From Candidatus Aminicenantales bacterium (GTDB lineage Bacteria > Acidobacteriota > Aminicenantia > Aminicenantales > UBA4085), in contig JBEKTZ010000004.1 in NCBI GenBank assembly GCA_049515535.1, forward strand, positions 1 through 64,000: a stretch of DNA of 64,000 nt. The letters run 5' to 3'. Shown piece by piece: positions 56,557-64,000 of the stretch. The position numbers and the translations under genes were made by a program. The notes beneath the pieces are model-generated. The model worked only from the letters and a program-made list of their open reading frames with translations, ran no database searches and was not told where the DNA came from. The number at the start of each line of letters is the position of its first letter. Within the stretch, counting starts at the first letter, position 1.

Positions 56557-58480
56557 ATCCGACGCGCCGGTCCTCATCTTCATCGGCCAACCCAATTGCG
56601 GAAAGAGTACGCTCTTCAACGCCGTCGCCGGCCATAAAGCCCAGACATCGAATTTTCCCGGCACGACCGTCAAGCACACGCACAGCCTCGTCTCCATCGA
56701 GGGACGCCTGCTCAACATCATCGACCTTCCGGGGACCTATTCGCTTCACCCCTCCGATCCCGCGGAAAAAGTGGCGCTGACGCATCTCTTTCATGAAAGG
56801 CCGGACATCATCATCAACGTCGTGGATGCCTCGCTCCTCGGCCGCAGCCTCGAGCTGACGCTGGAGCTTGTCGAAATGGACATTCCCATGGTCGTCGCCC
56901 TCAATATGGCCGATTTGGCGAAGAAGAAGGGAATTACGATTGACGCGGGGAAAATTGCCGCGTCGCTCGGCGTTCCGGTCATTCCGACGGTCGCCGCTCA
57001 CGGACGGGGGATCAAGGAACTTTTCGAAGCGGCGTTCCGCTGCCTGGATGAGCCGTGTCGCGGCAAGCGACCCCGCTGGTCGACGGATGTGGAGAACGTG
57101 CTGGAGAAATGGACGGCCCGGCTCCCCGCCGATTTTCCATGCATCGCCGGCCGCCGTTTCACGGCCGTCCAGATGATCGAGTCGGGGCATCTATTTTGCA
57201 GCGAATTCCTGGAAGAGATCGATCCCGATTTGCATAAATCCTTGGATGAGATCAGGGCCGAGATCGCCGAAAAGCGGGGCCTGCCGGCCTATGAAGTGAT
57301 CGCCGCGGAGCGTCATCATCTCGCCCAGAAGATATTCGAGAACGGCGCTCGTGTGGCGAGAAAACGAAAGCGGAGCTGGAACGAGCGCTTGGACGATGTC
57401 CTCATGCATCCGTGGTTGGGTCATCCGATCCTGCTCATCGTCCTTCTGGTTTTTTTCTTCCTCATCTTCAAGGTCGGAGCGCCCCTCGAAACGCTCCTGA
57501 TCAAGCCTTTCTCGAGTCTCAAAGCTCTGCTCGGGGAATGGCTCGGCGGAGGGCTTCTCTTTCACCTGGCCGACGGTCTCCTGCAGGGCGTCGGAGGGGG
57601 AGTGGCCATCGTCCTCCCTTATTTTATCCCGCTCTTGTTTTTCATGGCGTTGCTCGAGGACGTGGGCTATTTAGCCCGGGCCGGCTTTCTGCTCGACACC
57701 TTCATGCATCGCATCGGCCTCCACGGCAAATCCGTGTCGCCGTTCATCCTGGGCTTCGGCTGCAACGTCCCCGCCATCGTCTCGACCCGGATCCTCGAAT
57801 CGCGGCGGGACAGAATCCTCACGTCGCTGCTCATCCCTTTCATTCCCTGCTCGGCGCGGACGACGATCATCCTGGCCCTGGTCGCTGTCTTCCTGGGTCC
57901 GTACTGGGCGCTCGGGTTCTATATCCTGAATATCCTATTGGTCGCGGTTTTGGGGCGCGTGCTGAGTCTTTTTTTCAAGACGGAATCCCCCGGCCTGATC
58001 CTGGAAATTCCGTCGCTGAAAATTCCGAGCCTGAAAAATATCGCTTTCAAGATTTACTTCCAGCTCAAATCGTTTGTTCAATTCGCCTGGCCTCTCCTGA
58101 TCGCGGGCAGCGTCGTCCTGGGCCTGATCCAATCGCTGCACGGTGACGCGATCATCAATGGAGTCCTTTCCCCGCTCGTCGTGAACGCCCTCGGCCTGCC
58201 GCGGGAGCTCGGCGTCACGTTGATTTTCGGGTTTTTACGGAAAGAGCTGTCCCTGCTGATGATGCTGCAAGCGCTGGGCGTCGGCTATCGAGATTTGCTG
58301 ACGGTCGTCACGCGCGACCAGATTGTCGTCTTCACGGTCTTTGTCAACTTTTTCATTCCCTGCCTCTCGACCTTCGCCGTCTTATGGAAGGAGGTCGGGA
58401 AAAAGATCGCCTTCCTTTCCGCCCTGTTGAGCGTCAGCGTCGCGATCCTGATCGGCGTTCTCGTCCGGCTGGTCCTCTAG
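56549..58480 (+). CDS. feoB: Ferrous iron transport protein B
   Basis: GQPNCGKS, NFPGTT, DLPG, NMAD, GFGCNVP, PCSAR. Confidence 0.95.
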   Translation: MDKSDAPVLIFIGQPNCGKSTLFNAVAGHKAQTSNFPGTTVKHTHSLVSIEGRLLNIIDLPGTYSLHPSDPAEKVALTHLFHERPDIIINVVDASLLGRSLELTLELVEMDIPMVVALNMADLAKKKGITIDAGKIAASLGVPVIPTVAAHGRGIKELFEAAFRCLDEPCRGKRPRWSTDVENVLEKWTARLPADFPCIAGRRFTAVQMIESGHLFCSEFLEEIDPDLHKSLDEIRAEIAEKRGLPAYEVIAAERHHLAQKIFENGARVARKRKRSWNERLDDVLMHPWLGHPILLIVLLVFFFLIFKVGAPLETLLIKPFSSLKALLGEWLGGGLLFHLADGLLQGVGGGVAIVLPYFIPLLFFMALLEDVGYLARAGFLLDTFMHRIGLHGKSVSPFILGFGCNVPAIVSTRILESRRDRILTSLLIPFIPCSARTTIILALVAVFLGPYWALGFYILNILLVAVLGRVLSLFFKTESPGLILEIPSLKIPSLKNIAFKIYFQLKSFVQFAWPLLIAGSVVLGLIQSLHGDAIINGVLSPLVVNALGLPRELGVTLIFGFLRKELSLLMMLQALGVGYRDLLTVVTRDQIVVFTVFVNFFIPCLSTFAVLWKEVGKKIAFLSALLSVSVAILIGVLVRLVL

Positions 58481-58827
58481 TCCGTTTCCAGGATGACGAC
58501 GGCCAGGGCGTGATCGACGAGGTGGGAAATCGAGACCTGGCTCCTCGTAAAACCGAAATCTCCCTCGGCGTGAATGACGAGCTGCGGCCGGCCGGACGGA
58601 AGATTGACCGTTTCGACCTCGGTCCAGCCGATTCGCCTGCCGCTGGCCTTGAAGAAGGCTTCTTTGACCGCGAAACGGGCGGCCAAGTGCTGGAATCGAT
58701 TCTTTTTTCCCTGGCTGTATTGGATCTCGCGTTCCGTGAAAACGCGGTCGCTAAAGCGCGGATTCTTGGCGATCGCGTTTTGGATGCGCGCGACTTCGAT
58801 GATGTCGATGCCGATGCCGATGATCAT
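58477..58827 (-). CDS. acpS: Holo-ACP synthase
   Basis: GIGIDI, AARFAVKEA, SISH. Confidence 0.94.
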   Translation of the reverse strand: MIIGIGIDIIEVARIQNAIAKNPRFSDRVFTEREIQYSQGKKNRFQHLAARFAVKEAFFKASGRRIGWTEVETVNLPSGRPQLVIHAEGDFGFTRSQVSISHLVDHALAVVILETD

Positions 58828-58844
58828 GTCCGATGTCCTTTCGT

Positions 58845-60452
58845 CTAAGCGAAGCTCCTCTTGGCTCTTCGTTGGCGGTGATATTGGATCGCGAAGCGGT
58901 GGGCTTCGTCGCGGACGCGCTGGAGAAGCTTTCTGGCCGGCGAAGTCGGATCCAGCCTCAAGCCTTCCGCGTGTCCCAAGGTGAACGCGATCTCTTCTTT
59001 TTTGGCCAGGGAGATCAAGGGGACGTTCTCGAGTCCGAGCCCGGCCAGCGCTTTGCGCGCCGCGCCGAATTGGGGCTTGCCGCCGTCAACGAGGATCAAA
59101 TCCGGAACGGGGCGGTTTTCCGCAAGAACCCGGGCGTAACGCCGGCGGATGACTTCTCCCAGGCTGGCGACATCGTTGGGCCCCGCGACGGTTTTGATCT
59201 TGAATTTCCGGTAGCCTTCTTTATCGGGCCGGCCGTTCATGAACGAGACCATCGAGGCTACGGTTTCGGTCCCTCCGGTATTCGAAATATCGAACCCCTC
59301 GATCCGGATCGGCAGGCGATCGAGTTCCAGCTCTTTCCGGATTTCTTCTAGGGGGGCTGAATCGTCCCGCTTTTTTCTGAGGAGGATCTCGGCGTTCTTC
59401 GCCGCCAGCTCGATCAGGTCCTTATTTTTTCCGCGAACGGGGACGAGGATATGGATCTTCTTTCCGGCCTTGGCGGAGAGCGCCGACCCGATGTCCCTGA
59501 GCCCGGCCGGGGCGAAGGGGAGAAGGACCTTTGGCGGGACATCCTTGTCCCGATAGAACGCCGTCAGGAATTCCCGCAGGATATCGGCTTCGGCCCTTTC
59601 CCGCTCATCTTCGAAAACGAATTCGCGCGCCTCCCGGACTTTCCCTTTGCGCATCAGGAAGACATAGACAGCCGTGGTCCGGCCGTCCCGGGCGAAGCCG
59701 AAGATATCCTGGTTCTCGAGTCCGACGGAGATCAACGTCGGTTTGATTTTGATCGCGTCCAGGGTCTGGACGATGTCGCGCAGCCGGGCCGCCTCTTCGA
59801 AACGCTCTTCCTTCGCGGCCCGGACCATGTCTTCCTTCAAGATTTTCGCCAATCGTTCCGTCTTTCCCTCCAGAAACAGGAGCGACTTTTCGATGTCTTC
59901 CCGGTAGCGCTCCTCGGCGATGCGGCCGACGCACGGCGCCGAACATAGCCCGAGTTCGAAATCCAGGCAGGGCCGCCGGCGCTTTCCCGGGATCGCTTCG
60001 CTGCATTTGCGGACCAGGAAATATTTATTGACGAGATGAAGAGCCTTCCGCGCTTCGCGGGCGGGGGAGAAGGGCCCGAAGTATTTCGCGCCGTCCGCGG
60101 CGACCTTGCGGCAGAAGAAAATGCCCGGGAACCGCTCGTGGACGGTCAGTTTGAGGCAGGGGAAGCTCTTGTCGTCCTTCAGGCGAAGGTTGAACTTCGG
60201 TTGATGATGCTGGATGAAATTGTTCTCCAGGAAGGCCGCCTCGCGCTCGGAGCCGGTCAGGATGTAATCGACGTCCACCGTTGCAGCGAGGATGTGGCCG
60301 ACCTTGATATCGTCCGAGGGCTGAAAATAGGATTTGACCCGGTCGCGGAGCAGGCGGGCCTTGCCGATGTAGATGACCTTGCCGGCGGCGTCCTTAAAAA
60401 AATAGATGCCGGGCTTTTCCGGCAGGGTCGCGATCTTGCGTCGAAGGTCCAT
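58845..60452 (-). CDS. uvrC: Excinuclease ABC subunit C
   Basis: GIY..YIGKA, EGFDIS, DGGKPQ, RDEAHRFA. Confidence 0.95.
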   Translation of the reverse strand: MDLRRKIATLPEKPGIYFFKDAAGKVIYIGKARLLRDRVKSYFQPSDDIKVGHILAATVDVDYILTGSEREAAFLENNFIQHHQPKFNLRLKDDKSFPCLKLTVHERFPGIFFCRKVAADGAKYFGPFSPAREARKALHLVNKYFLVRKCSEAIPGKRRRPCLDFELGLCSAPCVGRIAEERYREDIEKSLLFLEGKTERLAKILKEDMVRAAKEERFEEAARLRDIVQTLDAIKIKPTLISVGLENQDIFGFARDGRTTAVYVFLMRKGKVREAREFVFEDERERAEADILREFLTAFYRDKDVPPKVLLPFAPAGLRDIGSALSAKAGKKIHILVPVRGKNKDLIELAAKNAEILLRKKRDDSAPLEEIRKELELDRLPIRIEGFDISNTGGTETVASMVSFMNGRPDKEGYRKFKIKTVAGPNDVASLGEVIRRRYARVLAENRPVPDLILVDGGKPQFGAARKALAGLGLENVPLISLAKKEEIAFTLGHAEGLRLDPTSPARKLLQRVRDEAHRFAIQYHRQRRAKRSFA

Positions 60453-62447
60453 TTAAGGCTCGATCTCCAGTTCGATGGTCTTGAGCTTCGCGATCTCGTC
60501 GCGCAGGCGGGCCGCTTTCTCGAATTCCAGGCTTTTGACGGCCTCCTTCATCAGCGCCTCGAGCTCGTCAATCTTCCGCTTCCGGAGCTGGGGCGAAAGA
60601 TAGAACTCTTTATCTTCGGCGATGCGGGTGTAATCCAGGTAATCGCGCTCATAGACGCTGGTCAGGACCTCGTCGATCCGCTTGACGATGGATTGGGGCG
60701 TGATGCCGTTGGCCTCGTTGTAGTCCTCTTGGAGCCGCCGGCGGCGGCTGGTCTCGGCGATCGCGTTTTTCATCGAGGTTGTGATCGTGTCGGCATAGAG
60801 GATCGCCCGGCCGTTGACGTTGCGCGCCGCGCGCCCGAACGTTTGGATCAGAGCGCTCGATGACCGCAAGAATCCTTCTTTGTCCGCGTCCAGGATGGCG
60901 ACGAGCGAAACCTCGGGAAGGTCGAGCCCTTCGCGCAAGAGATTGATCCCGACCAGCGTGTCGAACCGTCCCTTGCGGAGGTCCCGCAGGATCTTCACCC
61001 GGTCGAGCGTTTCGATCTCGGAATGGAGATAACGGACGCGCAATCCAAGCTCGTGATAATGCCGGGTCAGGTCCTCGGCCATCTTTTTCGTCAGGGTCGT
61101 CACGAGCGTCCGCTCGCCCTTCTCCGCCCGCGTCTGGATTTCTTTTCGCAGGTCGTCGACCTGGCCCTTCACCGGCCGGATTTCGACCTCGGGATCGATG
61201 AGGCCGGTCGGCCGGATGATCTGCTCGACGGTCTTGCCTTTCACTTTATTGAGTTCAAAGGAACCGGGCGTGGCGGAGACATAGATGACCGGCCCCACCC
61301 GCCCCTCGAACTCGCCGAAATTCAGGGGCCGGTTGTCCAGGGCCGACGGCAAGCGGAACCCGTGATCGATGAGCGTCTGCTTGCGCGACCGGTCCCCGAA
61401 GTACATCCCGCCGATCTGGGGCACGGAGACGTGAGATTCGTCGATGATCGTCAAGAAATCCTTGGGAAAATAGTCCAAGAGCGTGTAAGGCGGATCGCCT
61501 GGCCGGCGCCGGCTGAGATAAAGCGAGTAGTTTTCGATGCCCGGGCAGTAGCCGAATTCCCGGAGCATATCCAGATCGCGCAGCGTCCGTTCTTCGATCC
61601 TCTCGGCCTCGATGATTTTGCCCTGTTTTTTAAAAAAGGCCGCGCGCGCGTCGAGCTCGCCTTCGATGCCGGCGAGGGCGGCCGCGAGGATGTCCGGAGG
61701 AGTGGAGAAGAACGTCCGCGGGTGGATCACGATCTCCTCGAAGACCTCGCGGATCGTCCCGAGCAGAGGGTCGACGGACGAGATCCTTTTGACCCGGTCG
61801 TCGCCGAGCTCGATCCGGTAGGCAAAATCTTCGTAGGCGGGAAAGACCTCGACAACGTCGCCGCGGACCCGGAAACCGCCCCGTTTGAAATCCGCTTCCT
61901 GCCGCTCGTACTGGATCTCGACGAGGCTGCGAAGGATCTTCTTGCGCGGAAGGACCTGGCCCGTCGTCACGGCAAAGCTCTGCGAGTAATACGTCTCCGG
62001 CGCCCCGATGCCGTAGATGCAGGAGACCGAGGCGACGATGATGACATCGCGCCGGGCGAAAAGCGAATTCGTCGCGTTGAGTCGCATCCGATCGATCTCG
62101 TCGTTGATGGTCGCTTCCTTGGCGATGTAGGTATTCGAGGCCGGGATGTAGGCTTCGGGCTGATAGTAATCGTAATACGAGACGAAATATTCCACGGCGT
62201 TTTGCGGAAAGAACCGGCGGAACTCCTGGTAGAGCTGGGCGGCCAGCGTCTTATTATGGGAAATGACAAGAACCGGCCGGCCCGCTTTCTCGATGAGGTT
62301 GGCCATGGTGAAGGTCTTGCCCGAGCCGGTGACACCCATCAGCACCTGGTGGCGCTGCTCCTTTTCCAGCCCCGCGATCAGTTCTCGGATGGCCGCGGTT
62401 TGGTCTCCTTTGGGAGTGAATTCGGAGTCGAGCCGGAACGCTTTCAT
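60453..62447 (-). CDS. uvrB: Excinuclease ABC subunit B
   Basis: [28 protein letters not shown]. Confidence 0.97.
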   Translation of the reverse strand: MKAFRLDSEFTPKGDQTAAIRELIAGLEKEQRHQVLMGVTGSGKTFTMANLIEKAGRPVLVISHNKTLAAQLYQEFRRFFPQNAVEYFVSYYDYYQPEAYIPASNTYIAKEATINDEIDRMRLNATNSLFARRDVIIVASVSCIYGIGAPETYYSQSFAVTTGQVLPRKKILRSLVEIQYERQEADFKRGGFRVRGDVVEVFPAYEDFAYRIELGDDRVKRISSVDPLLGTIREVFEEIVIHPRTFFSTPPDILAAALAGIEGELDARAAFFKKQGKIIEAERIEERTLRDLDMLREFGYCPGIENYSLYLSRRRPGDPPYTLLDYFPKDFLTIIDESHVSVPQIGGMYFGDRSRKQTLIDHGFRLPSALDNRPLNFGEFEGRVGPVIYVSATPGSFELNKVKGKTVEQIIRPTGLIDPEVEIRPVKGQVDDLRKEIQTRAEKGERTLVTTLTKKMAEDLTRHYHELGLRVRYLHSEIETLDRVKILRDLRKGRFDTLVGINLLREGLDLPEVSLVAILDADKEGFLRSSSALIQTFGRAARNVNGRAILYADTITTSMKNAIAETSRRRRLQEDYNEANGITPQSIVKRIDEVLTSVYERDYLDYTRIAEDKEFYLSPQLRKRKIDELEALMKEAVKSLEFEKAARLRDEIAKLKTIELEIEP

Positions 62448-62546
62448 GGACGATCTCATGTCTTGTGGCGAACGATTCCGAATTCTTCGGTGACCCTTTC
62501 CTTTGAGGGAATAAAGCCGGGGGTGAGGGCGGGATTTCTCCTCGGT

Positions 62547-62927
62547 TTAAGGGCCGCTCTGTTCGATCTTGATGCTTCCTCGGAACTGCGCTCCATCCTG
62601 GATGGTGACCTTGGCCGAGGCGATATTGCCCCGCATTTTAGCCTCGGACGAGAGAAAAACCTTTCCCGATGCCTGGATGCTGCCTTTCAGGCTTCCCATC
62701 AGCGAAACGTTGCCGGCCAGAATGTCCGCTTCGACTTGCGCCGATTTATCGATAAAAAGGCTGCAATTTTTAAGCCGGATGATGCCTTTGAAGGTCCCCA
62801 GGATGTGAAGGTCTTCCTCTGCGGAGATTTCCCCCTGGCAGACAAACGTGGGACCGAGCCTGGCGATCTTTTCAGGGACGGATTCCGGGCGAAGGCCGGC
62901 CTCTTCCTGGTCGTTGGATTTCGACAT
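62547..62927 (-). CDS. Bactofilin
   Basis: GEISAEEDLHILGTFKG...GNIASAKVTIQDGAQFRG. Confidence 0.88.
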   Translation of the reverse strand: MSKSNDQEEAGLRPESVPEKIARLGPTFVCQGEISAEEDLHILGTFKGIIRLKNCSLFIDKSAQVEADILAGNVSLMGSLKGSIQASGKVFLSSEAKMRGNIASAKVTIQDGAQFRGSIKIEQSGP

Positions 62928-63072
62928 GGGAAACACCTTTCACGAGCGTCGCTCCGGGTCAATTATATGGAGGCGCATCGGGTCCTGTCAATGAAAGAAT
63001 GTGAGTTGACTTCTCCCGAAAGCCTGTGATATTTCTCATTCTGCGTTTTTCCGACCGGAAGGAGGCTTCGAC

Positions 63073-64000
63073 ATGCAGGTGATCGGTCTCCACGTCGTCG
63101 ATTGGATCATCATCCTTTTTTATTTTGCCTTCATCATCGCGATCGGCTTTTATTTAAAAAGATACACTAAAAGCGCGGAGGATTTTTTCCTTGCCGGCCG
63201 CAGGAATAGCTCATGGGTCGCGGGTTTAGCCTTTCTGTCGGCTAATCTTGGCGCGCTCGAGCTTCTCGGCATGACGGGCAACACGTTCAAATACGGCATG
63301 TACGTCGCCCATTTCTATTGGATCGGGGCCATTCCGGCCATGCTTTTTCTCGGCCTTTTCATGATGCCGTTCTACTACAGCAGCCGGATCAAGTCCGTGC
63401 CCGGCTATCTCAAGTTGCGCTTCGACGAGAAGACGCGCGTCTTCAACGGCATCTCGTTCGCCGTCATGACTCTTCTCGTCTCCGGGATCAACCTTTATGC
63501 CATGGCCCTGGTCTTTCGCCTGGCGCTCGGCTGGAACTGGGATGTGAGCATGTGGGCCTCGGCGCTCACCGTGGCCGTTTACGTCACGATGAGCGGGTTG
63601 ATGTCGGCGATTTTCACGGAAATCATCCAATTTTTCCTCATCTGGTTCGGCCTCTTCCTCGTCTCCATCATGGGCATCGTCGAGTTCGGAAGCCTGAGCG
63701 AAATCATGCGTCGCGTGCCCGCCGAATTTTCCAAATTGTGGTCGACGTCCGGAGATCCGACTCAGAACGGGATGCTCGTCTCATGGGGGGGAATCGTGCT
63801 CGGGCTCGGCTTCGTCCTGTCGTTCGGTTATTGGACGACGGATTTTCTCGTCGTCCAAAGGGCTTTTTCGGCGAAGAACCTGCGCTCGGCCCGGATGACG
63901 CCGATCATCGCCTCGTTCTTCAAAATGGCCGTTCCGTTCATCGTCATCATCGCCGGCCTGATCGCGCTCGTTCTTTCGAAAGACCCGAATTCGGGATTCG
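63073..64000 (+). CDS. Sodium:solute symporter (runs off the window end)
   Basis: EDFFLAGR...SANLGALE...FYWIGAIPAM; GGAGG RBS. Confidence 0.9.
   Translation, partial: MQVIGLHVVDWIIILFYFAFIIAIGFYLKRYTKSAEDFFLAGRRNSSWVAGLAFLSANLGALELLGMTGNTFKYGMYVAHFYWIGAIPAMLFLGLFMMPFYYSSRIKSVPGYLKLRFDEKTRVFNGISFAVMTLLVSGINLYAMALVFRLALGWNWDVSMWASALTVAVYVTMSGLMSAIFTEIIQFFLIWFGLFLVSIMGIVEFGSLSEIMRRVPAEFSKLWSTSGDPTQNGMLVSWGGIVLGLGFVLSFGYWTTDFLVVQRAFSAKNLRSARMTPIIASFFKMAVPFIVIIAGLIALVLSKDPNSGF

Noticed and set aside
61023..63029. 668-aa antisense ORF
   Set aside because: Shadow of uvrB and the bactofilin gene

Overview
A GC-rich bacterial chromosomal segment. Its gene content resembles Acidobacteria/Aminicenantes-type organisms, which is my inference from the Oar-like TonB receptor, the GWxTD protein, the Thr-type sulfatase-TPR and the kinase-TPR genes. 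Bases 1-4030 hold a decaying integron whose internally deleted intI points towards attI. It carries three attC-bounded cassettes (a lipoprotein, a SAM methyltransferase, and higBA with a nonsense toxin) plus a cassette remnant. Bases 4-9.8 kb encode an ECF sigma factor, a zinc anti-sigma domain fused to TonB, a membrane Ser/Thr kinase-TPR and a second TonB; an identical putative ECF promoter lies upstream of both the sigma gene and the second tonB. Bases 22.5-31.4 kb are a sigma54-driven block (TonB receptor, TPR, sulfatase-TPR, GWxTD) bracketed by a duplicated HD-domain gene. Bases 33.6-41.2 kb are the best candidate for an undescribed system: a TonB-dependent receptor behind a Moco/tungsten-cofactor-type riboswitch, divergent from a MobB-C-like small protein and an ECF-S-like membrane protein, next to thiF, moaD and an AOR-family enzyme. 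This may be a pterin-cofactor salvage system. The rest is mostly housekeeping: surE, tRNA-Pro, rarA, panBCD, guaB, secA, feoAB, acpS and uvrBC. All family calls come from motif recognition by eye; no database searches were run.
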